NCBI GenBank assembly: GCA_937941575.1
Contig: CALDHH010000001.1
Span: 1-47,872 of the forward strand
Origin: an uncultured Alphaproteobacteria bacterium
Lineage (GTDB): Bacteria > Pseudomonadota > Alphaproteobacteria > Micavibrionales > CSBR16-224
DNA length: 47,872 nt
Direction of reading: 5' to 3'
The translations under genes and the position numbers were made by a program. Shown here one piece after another: positions 8,836 through 18,860 of this stretch (within the stretch, counting starts at the first letter, position 1; each line of letters starts with the position of its first letter). The notes under the pieces were generated by a model. The model was given only the letters and a program-made list of their open reading frames with translations, did not search any database and was not told where the DNA came from.

Positions 8836-10666
8836 ATTATTTTCTCTATTATCATTCATTTTATTTATATTGCTATCTATCCCAGCAATGGCAGATAATA
8901 AGCCATTTATAATCGATACTATTCCAATTCAACATGAAGGTAGGATAAAACCATTATCTACATATTCTGAAGTGTTACTGCTAAAAACCTATGGCAAAAA
9001 AAGCTTTAATGAAATGTCATCAGAACAGTTCTTAACGGAATTATTATTGGATAGTAAAAATGCTTTAAAAAGACCTATATTCAATATCGCTAATCCAGAT
9101 ATAGTTCATTTATTGGGTTTAGAATATGATAGTAATCATAAGTATAATTTTATTGAATTATTGCAATCAATGTCCAGCAGAATGGAAATGATTAATAAGT
9201 TAAACGAGCTAGACCCTGCAAAGCTTACAGGATCACAAAGTCAGTTATTAAATCTATATATAAATTTGATGGAATATTTTGAGATCGCAAGGTCTTTATC
9301 TTTGGTAAAATATGAGTTTGAAATTAATAATATCGAAGTCTCAGAATTGCTTAATGTTAATATGGGAGATAAATTAAATTATCTCGATATGATCCAAAGA
9401 AAGGCTAGGTATAAACAGGTATTTCATAAATTAAGAGAATATTCTAAACCTGCCCAAGATGATATATTAAAAATAGGCGAAAAACTTCGGGTATTAAGTC
9501 GTGATAAAAATGCTAAAATATTCAGAGTAATGCCAGCGCAAGGAGTAAGAAAAGATAATACTTGGTTCTCGCCATGGGAAGTAATGAATATGGGAGAAGG
9601 AACCCCAGAGACTGCAAAATTAATATCCCTTTGGACTGATCTTGCTGTTGCTTATCGAGTTAAAGATGAAGAACTTTGGAATAAATCATATCTTGAAATT
9701 ATAGGCATTACATCGAAATATATTGACCCAAATAAAACTTATTTTGAGAAAATATATAATAGCTTTGATTTGTTTAAAATAAGTACTGGCTTATATCTAA
9801 TCGCATTGCTTTTAATCGGCTTATACGCATTCTCAGGTAAGTTAGTTATTTTAAAAGTAAGCAATGTAATAATAATGTCTGCTTTAATAATACATGGTTT
9901 GGGCTTGCTATCTCGTATGTATATTATGGGCAGACCACCTGTGACCACATTATATGAATCAATATTATTTGTTGGCTTTATCTCGGTATTATTCAGCATG
10001 TTATTAGAATATAGAAATAAGAATAGCATCGGTAGCTTAATTGCAGCATTCACAGGAAGCTTCTTTTTATTCTTAAGCATTAAATATGTTGGTGACGGTG
10101 ATAGCCTCGGTGTATTAGTCGCTGTTTTGAACACTAATTTCTGGCTTGCAACCCATGTTGTAACCATAACAATTGGTTACGGGGCTTGTTTTGTGGCTGG
10201 CTTATTAGCTCATATATATTTAATCCAGAAAAGTTTTAATTTCCAAGATAAGATAAGCCATAATTCGACATTTAATAACATGATTGGAGTTAGCTTGATT
10301 GCTTTATTTTTCTCAATCTTGGGAACGATATTAGGTGGTATTTGGGCGGATCAATCATGGGGTAGATTCTGGGGCTGGGATCCAAAAGAAAATGGAGCAA
10401 TGTTTATCTGCCTTTGGTTAATTACCCTATTACATGGAAAATTAGCAGGACAGTTAAAACCAATTATATTTGCCTATGGTATGGTTCTAACTAATATTGT
10501 TGTTGTTTTGGCTTGGTTCGGGGTTAATCTGCTTGGGATAGGTCTTCATTCATATGGGTTTATTGATTCTGTTGCTACAAATATTGTATTATTCATTATT
10601 ATTGAGTTATCATTTATAATATTTATTATCTCTGCCAGACAATTAAGGAAGAAGAATGAAGTATAA
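8825..10666 (+). CDS. ccsA: Cytochrome c biogenesis system II haem-handling protein CcsA/ResC with a long N-terminal periplasmic extension
   Basis: Trp-rich WWD motif WGRFWGWDPKENGA, flanking His residues (ATHVVTITIGYG, TLLHGKLAG), and multiple TM helices. A signal peptide plus about a 330-aa extra N-terminal domain precede the core. Confidence 0.85.
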   Translation: MPSKLFSLLSFILFILLSIPAMADNKPFIIDTIPIQHEGRIKPLSTYSEVLLLKTYGKKSFNEMSSEQFLTELLLDSKNALKRPIFNIANPDIVHLLGLEYDSNHKYNFIELLQSMSSRMEMINKLNELDPAKLTGSQSQLLNLYINLMEYFEIARSLSLVKYEFEINNIEVSELLNVNMGDKLNYLDMIQRKARYKQVFHKLREYSKPAQDDILKIGEKLRVLSRDKNAKIFRVMPAQGVRKDNTWFSPWEVMNMGEGTPETAKLISLWTDLAVAYRVKDEELWNKSYLEIIGITSKYIDPNKTYFEKIYNSFDLFKISTGLYLIALLLIGLYAFSGKLVILKVSNVIIMSALIIHGLGLLSRMYIMGRPPVTTLYESILFVGFISVLFSMLLEYRNKNSIGSLIAAFTGSFFLFLSIKYVGDGDSLGVLVAVLNTNFWLATHVVTITIGYGACFVAGLLAHIYLIQKSFNFQDKISHNSTFNNMIGVSLIALFFSILGTILGGIWADQSWGRFWGWDPKENGAMFICLWLITLLHGKLAGQLKPIIFAYGMVLTNIVVVLAWFGVNLLGIGLHSYGFIDSVATNIVLFIIIELSFIIFIISARQLRKKNEV

Positions 10667-11204
10667 AATCATTGTTATATTAGTAATTCTAATTTCCTCT
10701 GTAATTATTGTTAATTACGATAAAAATATATTCTCAACTAATGATACTAGGTTAGAGCAAGTAAAATTTAACAAGATGGATGCAGTTGATTTTCCATTTA
10801 AAGATTTAAGCGGTGATAATTTCCATCTATTTGATATTAAAGATAAAACAATATTACTTCATTTTTGGGCTTCTTGGTGCGGAATCTGTAAGGTTGAATT
10901 TCCAGCTTTACTAGATTTGGTTCATAAAGATCCCAATCTAGTATTCTTGGCAGTAGCAACCGATGATGAAATTGAAGATGCTGTAAAATTCTTATCAGTC
11001 ATGACGAGAAGACATCCAGATAAAGTTAATAATGGCCGAGTATATTTAACTTGGGATAGAGATAGTGAGATTTCAATTAAAACTTATAATGTTAAAAGAG
11101 TGCCAGAAACCTTTGTAATTAATAAAGATTTTAAAATTTTTGATAAAATAATTGGTAACCAAGATTGGTATAGCAAGGAAATCAGAGACAGATTAAAGGA
11201 ATGA
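10656..11204 (+). CDS. Thioredoxin-fold thiol:disulfide oxidoreductase (ResA/CcsX/TlpA-like)
   Basis: N-terminal anchor and CxxC in FWASWCGICKVEFP. It overlaps ccsA by 11 nt, consistent with an apocytochrome-reducing partner. Confidence 0.75.
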   Translation: MKYKIIVILVILISSVIIVNYDKNIFSTNDTRLEQVKFNKMDAVDFPFKDLSGDNFHLFDIKDKTILLHFWASWCGICKVEFPALLDLVHKDPNLVFLAVATDDEIEDAVKFLSVMTRRHPDKVNNGRVYLTWDRDSEISIKTYNVKRVPETFVINKDFKIFDKIIGNQDWYSKEIRDRLKE

Positions 11205-11208
11205 GAAT

Positions 11209-12063
11209 ATGAAAGTACAAAATTTTTTTGACAAAGATACAAATACATTTACCTATATCTTAATTGATGAAGATACAAATAAATGCGCAATTCTTGATTC
11301 TGTTTTAGATTACAACCAATCTAGCGGAGAAGTGACAACAGATTCAGCTGATAAGATAATTGATTATATAAAAGATAACAAATTAGAACTTGAATGGATA
11401 TTAGAAAGCCATATCCATGCTGATCACCTAACCGCATCAAAATATTTAAAAGATAAACTTGGCGGTAAAACAGCAATTAGCTCAGGCATTATTGAAGTCC
11501 TAAAAACCTGGATACCAATATTTAATGCAGCTAGTAGTATAAAAGCGGATGGTTCTCAATTTGATAAGCTATTTAATGATGGTGATATATTTAAAATTGG
11601 TAATTCAAAGATTGAAGTGGTTCATACAATAGGGCACACGCCTGCTTGTGCCTCGTACAAATTTAATGATGGAATATTCGTTGGTGACACTATCTTTGCA
11701 CCGAATCTTGGCTCAGCAAGAGCAGATTTTCCAGGAGGGGATGCAAAGGAATTGTACAAATCGATTAAAAAAATATTATCTTTGCCAGATAGTACAAAAA
11801 TATATCTATGTCATGATTATCCAAAAGAAGGTATTGAGCCAAAATTTAGCACCACAGTAGGCGAAGAAAACGCAGAAAATATAATGATAAATAATAAGGT
11901 AACAGAGGCTGAATTTATCCAAAAAAGAGAAGCTAGAGATAAGCAATTGCAAACGCCTAAACTATTATATCCTGCGATCCAAGTTAACCTAAGAGCGGGA
12001 GATATACCAGAGCCAGAAGCAAACGGGGTTTCTTATATAAAAATCCCAATAAGGTTCAAATAA
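11209..12063 (+). CDS. MBL-fold metallohydrolase, glyoxalase II / persulfide dioxygenase (ETHE1)-like
   Basis: HIHADH metal motif, GHTPAC, GDTIF, ARADFPGG (the RxDF motif typical of persulfide dioxygenases), and CHDY. Confidence 0.7.
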   Translation: MKVQNFFDKDTNTFTYILIDEDTNKCAILDSVLDYNQSSGEVTTDSADKIIDYIKDNKLELEWILESHIHADHLTASKYLKDKLGGKTAISSGIIEVLKTWIPIFNAASSIKADGSQFDKLFNDGDIFKIGNSKIEVVHTIGHTPACASYKFNDGIFVGDTIFAPNLGSARADFPGGDAKELYKSIKKILSLPDSTKIYLCHDYPKEGIEPKFSTTVGEENAENIMINNKVTEAEFIQKREARDKQLQTPKLLYPAIQVNLRAGDIPEPEANGVSYIKIPIRFK

Positions 12064-12165
12064 ACTTAATTTTAAAAGTAATTGCTATTTTTTAATAGTA
12101 ACTTAAGAGGATATATAATAAAATTAAGTATATCTATTACTTAACCTTAAAAGGGCCTATTTATC

Positions 12166-13053
12166 ATGAATAAAACTTTCATCTCTCTTACACTTGTATC
12201 TATTATTGCTTTATCTTCAAATGGAGCTTTTGCAGAAGATAGCAAAGCTTTTAGCGGTAAATTAGGAAATGTTGCATCTGGTGCAGAAGTTCAGAGTCAA
12301 AAGATACTCAAAGCATTACCAAATCCTGCCATGGATATGGACGGTAATCTTGAAGATAGATTATTATTTGAACAAATGATGGCTGATGAAGAAACGAAAA
12401 GGTTAAAAGAGGAAAGCGGTACTATCTTTGGGCATTCAAATAAGGCTATGGAAGAAGCAAAAGCAAAAGCAAAGACAGAAGAGGTTGTTGAAATAGTAGA
12501 AGAAAAAAAAGAATTAACTCCAGAAGAATTGAAGAAGCAAAGATATGAAGCTTATTTAAAAAAGCGCGAAGATGATAAATTAAAAGCAATGGCAGCTGAA
12601 AAGAAAAAGAGCTTTGCAGATAGAATTAATGAGCAGAGATCTAAAGATAGCAGAAGTAAAAGATCACAAGCAAAATACGATGCAGAGAAAAAGAAAGCGG
12701 AACGCTCAAAGGCAGTTCTAGATCAAGTAATTAGAGAAGAGCTTGGTGGGACATCAGCACTTGAACCAGAAAAGAAATTATCATGGTCGGAGCGCCGTAA
12801 AGAACAAAAAAGACGTGGAAGCTTAACTGCTAGACAAAAAGCAAAAGAAGATCTTGAGAATAAAAGATTAGCAAAAGAAAAAGAAGCAGCAAGAAAATCT
12901 ATACAATTGCTAAAAGCAACGCAAGGTGGTGCTTATGGAACAACTGATCAGGCGGTAGCTGCAGAAGAGACTAGACCTAAAACTAAGCTTGAACTGTTCA
13001 AAGAAAAACGTCGTAAGAAAATTGAAGAAATGCGAGCTAAGCGTAATAAATAA
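12166..13053 (+). CDS. Secreted Lys/Glu-rich low-complexity protein, function unknown
   Basis: Signal peptide MNKTFISLTLVSIIALSSNGAFA, followed by about 260 aa dominated by K, E, R and A (predicted charged helix). Confidence 0.55.
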   Translation: MNKTFISLTLVSIIALSSNGAFAEDSKAFSGKLGNVASGAEVQSQKILKALPNPAMDMDGNLEDRLLFEQMMADEETKRLKEESGTIFGHSNKAMEEAKAKAKTEEVVEIVEEKKELTPEELKKQRYEAYLKKREDDKLKAMAAEKKKSFADRINEQRSKDSRSKRSQAKYDAEKKKAERSKAVLDQVIREELGGTSALEPEKKLSWSERRKEQKRRGSLTARQKAKEDLENKRLAKEKEAARKSIQLLKATQGGAYGTTDQAVAAEETRPKTKLELFKEKRRKKIEEMRAKRNK

Positions 13054-13160
13054 GCAATTTATAAATTAACCCAATTATTGCTATATGATTTGATTTGTAT
13101 CCATAGTTTTGTTAATAATGGTCTTCAAAGTAAAAATATTGAATCATAAGGAATAATATA

Positions 13161-14558
13161 ATGTCAGATAAATTTGATGTCATCGTAATTGGTGGTGGGC
13201 CAGGCGGATATGTTGCTGCAATTCGTGCAAGCCAATTGGGTATGAAAACCGCTCTTATCGAAGATAAACATCTTGGTGGGATCTGCCTTAACTGGGGTTG
13301 TATACCGACTAAGGCATTATTAAAATGTTCTGAAATAAATCATTTACTACATAATTTAGATGCTTATGGGTTCTCGGTTGATAATATTCAATATGATCTA
13401 AAAAAGATTGTCGATAGATCACGTAAGGTTTCTAGCCGCTTAAGCTCAGGTATTGCTCACCTAATGAAGAAAAATAAGGTAACAGTATTTGATGGTTTTG
13501 GGTCGCTGGCAGGTAAAGAATTAGTATCCGTTACTAAAGATAATAAAGAAATTGCTAAATTAAGCTCAAAAAATATCATTATTGCGACAGGTGCAAGAGC
13601 CAGAAAATTACCAAATTTAGAGCCAGATGGAAAATTAATTTGGACTTATATGCAAGCATTAGTCCCAGAAGATATGCCAAAATCAATGTTAGTAATGGGT
13701 TCTGGTGCGATTGGGATTGAGTTTGCTAGTTTCTATTTAAATATGGGCGTTGATGTAACTGTTGTTGAGGTTATGGATAGAATAGTGCCGGTTGAAGATG
13801 AGGAAATTTCAAAGATTGCCCATAAGCAATTTGAAAAACAGGGTATGAAAATTATCACTGGAGCTATGGTTAAGAAATTTGATAAAGGCTCCAATAGCGT
13901 GACTGTTACAATTGAAAGGAATGGTAAACCAGAGCAAATAACAGTAGATAGGGTAATATCTGCGGTTGGAGTTGTCGGTAATACTGAAAATCTAGGTTTA
14001 GAAAAAACAAAAGTAAAAGTGGATAGAGGTCATATCCTAATAAATGAATGGATGGAGACAGGTGAGAAGGGGGTTTATGCAATTGGTGATGTTGCTGGTG
14101 CTCCTTGTTTGGCTCATAAAGCTAGTCATGAAGCAATAATCTGTATTGAAAAAATTACTAATCAAAAAGATGTTCACCCTTTAAATAAGCTTTCAATTCC
14201 GGGATGTACATATTGTACTCCACAAATCGCATCTGTTGGTTTAACTGAGAAAGCTGCATTAGAGCAAGGCTATAAACTAAAAATAGGGCGTTTCCCATTT
14301 ATGGCCAATGGTAAAGCAATTGCCATGGGTGAAGAAGATGGTTTAGTTAAAACAATCTTTGATGCAAAAACGGGTGAGCTATTAGGAGCTCATATGATTG
14401 GTGCAGAAGTAACAGAAATGATTCAAGGCTACACGGTTGCCAAAACTCTAGAGACGACGGAAGTTGAATTGATGCATACGGTATTCCCACATCCAACTCT
14501 ATCTGAAATGATGCATGAATCTGTGCTTGATGCTTACGGTAAAGCAATCCATTTCTAA
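13161..14558 (+). CDS. lpdA: Dihydrolipoyl dehydrogenase (E3)
   Basis: FAD motif VIGGGPGGYVAA, redox disulfide GGICLNWGCIPTK, NAD motif GSGAIGIEFA, and C-terminal HPTLSE with the catalytic His. Confidence 0.92.
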   Translation: MSDKFDVIVIGGGPGGYVAAIRASQLGMKTALIEDKHLGGICLNWGCIPTKALLKCSEINHLLHNLDAYGFSVDNIQYDLKKIVDRSRKVSSRLSSGIAHLMKKNKVTVFDGFGSLAGKELVSVTKDNKEIAKLSSKNIIIATGARARKLPNLEPDGKLIWTYMQALVPEDMPKSMLVMGSGAIGIEFASFYLNMGVDVTVVEVMDRIVPVEDEEISKIAHKQFEKQGMKIITGAMVKKFDKGSNSVTVTIERNGKPEQITVDRVISAVGVVGNTENLGLEKTKVKVDRGHILINEWMETGEKGVYAIGDVAGAPCLAHKASHEAIICIEKITNQKDVHPLNKLSIPGCTYCTPQIASVGLTEKAALEQGYKLKIGRFPFMANGKAIAMGEEDGLVKTIFDAKTGELLGAHMIGAEVTEMIQGYTVAKTLETTEVELMHTVFPHPTLSEMMHESVLDAYGKAIHF

Positions 14559-14629
14559 TTGGTGAATCTAATTTTGTATAATATTTATGCTGAATATTAA
14601 ATTTATTATATAAAATAAGGATAAATATT

Positions 14630-14713
14630 ATGCTAGATAGCTTTATTATAGTCTTCAGAGAATATGTTGAAGCATTTTTATTGGTGACAATGACATATGC
14701 CTATTCTTGTTAA
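14630..14713 (+). pseudogene. 27-codon remnant resembling the N-terminus of an FTR1/EfeU-type iron permease
   Basis: AAGGA SD plus ATG gives MLDSFIIVFREYVEAFLLVTMTYAYSC then a stop. This is the typical first helix of FTR1 permeases with the RExxE motif (here REYVE), and nothing of the remaining ~250 aa follows. Confidence 0.25.
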
Positions 14714-14734
14714 TAAAGGTAACTCTATAGATGC

Positions 14735-15145
14735 CTAAATTAGCTCCGCTGTTATCATCATTCCAGATGTAACACTATACCCAAATCCATAACCGCCGCC
14801 TCTTTTACTTGTACCAACTAGGCGATGTCTGTGGGCTCCACGTAATATTGGGGTGATGTTAATTACTCTATATCCTTGTTCAGCAAGCTCATTGCAGGTA
14901 TTTTCTACATCAATTGTTAATTGATCGGAGTTAATTTCAGTTTCAGATGAGGCACCAGTAGGGATAGCTTCTTCAACAAATTCATAAATTGGTTTATCAA
15001 TCTCAATTTTTGTTGGGTTTAGGAAGCCTTTAAGCTTAAAAGCTTTCTCAGTACCAACTTTTTTCCTTGTCCTTTTTATCTCATATGATTCGGACATGGA
15101 TGCGTATATATGAACAGTTTTATATTTTTGCTTTGCTTCGGACAT
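14735..15145 (-). CDS. Hypothetical protein (136 aa)
   Basis: Clean ORF with no recognised domain. The C-terminal part is ...ELAEQGYRVINITPILRG...SKRGGGYGFGYSVTSGMMITAELI. Confidence 0.45.
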   Translation of the reverse strand: MSEAKQKYKTVHIYASMSESYEIKRTRKKVGTEKAFKLKGFLNPTKIEIDKPIYEFVEEAIPTGASSETEINSDQLTIDVENTCNELAEQGYRVINITPILRGAHRHRLVGTSKRGGGYGFGYSVTSGMMITAELI

Positions 15146-15256
15146 TGTAATTTATCTTTTTTATATAGCTAATGATTAAACTTAAAGCTTCTCTATATCA
15201 TGTGAATAACACAAATATATTAGAGAAATATCTATAAAAAGAATAACAGTTTAAAT

Positions 15257-16315
<1,059 letters not shown>

Positions 16316-16326
16316 CTAATATAATA

Positions 16327-16358
16327 ACACAAAAGGGAAAGACTAAGCTTTCCCCTTT
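16327..16358 (-). terminator. Hairpin with a U-rich tail between rpmA and obg (partial terminator or attenuator)
   Basis: On the minus strand, gggaaag-cuuagu-cuuuccc is followed by uuuugug. Confidence 0.4.
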
Positions 16359-16387
16359 AAATCTTAACTTATTAAAAGCTAAAAAGC

Positions 16388-16654
16388 TTATTTTACGTCA
16401 TTCGCAGGAATTACTGATACGAATGTACGGCCTTTAAAGCCCTTATGGAATTTTACAAAACCATGATCAGTTGCGAATAATGTGTGATCTTTACCCATTC
16501 CAACATTTTTATCTGCATAGAATTTTGTTCCTCTTTGACGAACAAGGATGTTTCCAGATAATACAGCTTCTCCACCATATTTTTTTACACCAAGTCTACG
16601 ACCAGCCGAATCACGACCGTTATTAGAACTACCACCTGCTTTTTTATGAGCCAT
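16388..16654 (-). CDS. rpmA: 50S ribosomal protein L27
   Basis: [29 protein letters not shown]...RQRGTKF. Confidence 0.97.
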   Translation of the reverse strand: MAHKKAGGSSNNGRDSAGRRLGVKKYGGEAVLSGNILVRQRGTKFYADKNVGMGKDHTLFATDHGFVKFHKGFKGRTFVSVIPANDVK

Positions 16655-16686
16655 TTTGTTATCCTTTTTTCTTTAAAACTTAAAAA

Positions 16687-17013
16687 TTAAGCTGCTTTTA
16701 TATCTTTGATACGCAAGATTGTTATATCTTGACGATGACCTTTTTTACGACGGTAATTTTGACGACGCTTCTTTTTAAATACGATAATCTTTGGCCCTCT
16801 AGCTTGAGCAACAACTTCCGCAGTTACTGTTGCACCTTTAACCAATGGAGTACCCATTTTCGATTTTCCAAGTTCACCGACCATTAAAACTTCGTCTAAT
16901 GTGATCTTATCACCTTCTTTAACGTCAAGTTTTTCAACTTTGATTACGTTATCTTTGGCTACTCTATATTGTTTTCCGCCTGTACGAATTACTGCAAACA
17001 TATCATCATTCAC
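16687..17013 (-). CDS. rplU: 50S ribosomal protein L21
   Basis: [14 protein letters not shown]...[17 protein letters not shown]. The likely start may be the internal MFAVI Met. Confidence 0.95.
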   Translation of the reverse strand: MNDDMFAVIRTGGKQYRVAKDNVIKVEKLDVKEGDKITLDEVLMVGELGKSKMGTPLVKGATVTAEVVAQARGPKIIVFKKKRRQNYRRKKGHRQDITILRIKDIKAA

Positions 17014-17131
17014 TATTCTTAATTAATTTTAAATTACCAATCATGATTCTTATACTAATAAAAATTACGATCTACGAGTGGGCAATATACCCTTTATTTT
17101 ATATAAGTCAACATTATAATTGCATTTTTAA

Positions 17132-17175
17132 TAAAAAAAAAGCCCTTGTGAAACTTATCATACAAGGGCTTTTTT
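17132..17175. terminator. Bidirectional rho-independent terminator
   Basis: A9, stem agcccttgt, an 11-12 nt loop, stem acaagggct, then T5. On the minus strand it ends the transcript coming from bcp. Confidence 0.6.
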
Positions 17176-17354
17176 AGAAAGGGTGGGTAATCAAGCTTTG
17201 GGTTTCTCTTAGGGGAGTTTAACTTGTCTCGATTACCCTCGGTTTCTTTTGATTTGGGGGACCAAAAGACCGAATCTTAATTTAGTTATTTTATTATCTG
17301 GGCAAACTTTGACATAAAGGAAGCGCTATTGCAAGTTATTTTTAAAACTTTTAA

Positions 17355-17837
17355 TTATGCAGCTATAGTTTTGTCTAATTCTTGTATAGTTTTCAATACG
17401 TTGGATACGTGATCTTTTACTTTCACTTTTCTCCAAATTTCAATTATTTTACCAGAATCATTAATTAAAAGAGTAGTTCTCTCGATTCCCATATATTTTT
17501 TACCGTACATAGATTTCTCTACATATACTCCATAAGCTTCGCAGATTTTAACTTCTTCATCACTTATCAATGTAAGGGGAAGGTCATATTTAGCTTTAAA
17601 CTTATCATGTTTTTTCACAGAGTCTTTTGAAACCCCAATAATTTTTGTATTAAGTTTTTCAAATTCTTTTAAATGTTCAGTGAAGTCTAACGCTTCTTGG
17701 GTGCAACCGGATGTATCGTCTTTTGGGTAGAAGTATAAGACAACCATCTGCCCCCTTAAATCTTTTAATGAGATCTCTCCATCTCCATCAGTTTTTGCTG
17801 TGAATTCTGGAGCTTGGTCATTTATGTTTAAAATCAT
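17355..17837 (-). CDS. bcp: Peroxiredoxin, Bcp/PrxQ type
   Basis: YFYPKDDTSGCTQEA peroxidatic Cys motif in a 160-aa AhpC/TSA fold. Confidence 0.9.
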   Translation of the reverse strand: MILNINDQAPEFTAKTDGDGEISLKDLRGQMVVLYFYPKDDTSGCTQEALDFTEHLKEFEKLNTKIIGVSKDSVKKHDKFKAKYDLPLTLISDEEVKICEAYGVYVEKSMYGKKYMGIERTTLLINDSGKIIEIWRKVKVKDHVSNVLKTIQELDKTIAA

Positions 17838-17850
17838 TATTAAATATCCT

Positions 17851-18582
17851 TTATTCTATTACGTTTATAATTCCTGCAAATTTTTTGTTTTTTGCAATTA
17901 GTTTCAAATTTTCCTTTGATAGGCTGCCATTTTTTACACTTATATAATGGTAGCTATCTATTTTAGATAGTCTGGTTATTAAGTTTTCAAGGCTATCGAT
18001 CAATTCCCCGTCTTTATATAATTCAAAGACAGGAGTAGAGGTTATTGCTCTTATCTTGGCAATCTGCTCATTGCTTAACGCCATCCAGTTATTTATACCG
18101 CCAATGACAATATTATATTCTTCTTCTGCTTTAGTAAGAGTACTGATTTCTTCCATAAAGGTGTAATATTCTTCTATATCTTTAGAATCAATATTTAGGT
18201 TTAATCTAATAGAGGTAATGCTGTTACCAAGCATTTTCCATGTTTTGGCATTCTCTTTGATCTTGCTTAAGATAAGTTCCTGATCTCTTACACCATTTAT
18301 ATCATATACTAAGGTCAGCATTCTTTGAGCAAATAGATGGGCTTCATCTGGATTAGGGGTGAATTTAATAGAATCATCAGCTTCTTTTTCAAAACTACCT
18401 TGATAAACATAGACAGAATCATCTGATTCTGGCGCATTTTTAAAATTACCCTTTAAGTATTGAATACCGATATAATAGCTTCGGTCCTGATTCTTACCAA
18501 AATCCATTTTCTTAGAGAAATGTATAATTGAGCCACCAATTAAAACACATAAGACAACGCCGAATATTTCTTTTATTTTCAT
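17851..18582 (-). CDS. Hypothetical membrane-anchored or secreted protein (243 aa), co-oriented 13 nt upstream of bcp
   Basis: N-terminal hydrophobic helix IFGVVLCVLIGGSIIHF and no domain I can name. Confidence 0.5.
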   Translation of the reverse strand: MKIKEIFGVVLCVLIGGSIIHFSKKMDFGKNQDRSYYIGIQYLKGNFKNAPESDDSVYVYQGSFEKEADDSIKFTPNPDEAHLFAQRMLTLVYDINGVRDQELILSKIKENAKTWKMLGNSITSIRLNLNIDSKDIEEYYTFMEEISTLTKAEEEYNIVIGGINNWMALSNEQIAKIRAITSTPVFELYKDGELIDSLENLITRLSKIDSYHYISVKNGSLSKENLKLIAKNKKFAGIINVIE

Positions 18583-18711
18583 ATTACTAAGTCCTTAATA
18601 AATATATAATTTCAATTAATTTTATAATATAAAAAAAAGTAATTTTCAAGACACTCATTATTGTGTATTATATATAAATTAATAAATAGTTCGGATATGT
18701 AAAAATAAATC

Positions 18712-18740
18712 TTGACATAAGCGAATGGCTTGTGTATAAA
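18712..18740 (+). promoter_or_regulatory. Near-consensus sigma70 promoter of the TelA-like operon
   Basis: TTGACA (18712-18717), a 17-nt spacer, then TATAAA (18735-18740). About a 110-120 nt AT-rich leader follows before the AAGGAG SD and ATG at 18861. Confidence 0.5.
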
Positions 18741-18860
18741 GTTATTCAAGTAAGGTTAAATGATTTATATTTCTAACACCGAATTGTTATAAAAATAAAT
18801 TTAACTATGGTGAATATAAATTAACTAAAATATATAAATAAGCATTAAGGAGCATATATA

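Noticed and set aside
17290-17335. A possible SRP (4.5S) RNA, suggested by the string aggaagcgc, which resembles the conserved GGAAGCAGCC of domain IV.
   Set aside because: The flanking sequence lacks the symmetric-loop and helix-8 context (no CAGGUCCGGAAGGAAGCAGCC-like stretch and no complementary 3' arm) on either strand.
18747-18860. A possible leader peptide (MIYISNTELL) or riboswitch in the long 5' leader of the TelA-like operon.
   Set aside because: The mini-ORF has no SD, and the leader is extremely AT-rich with no evident conserved helices. This cannot be supported from the sequence alone.
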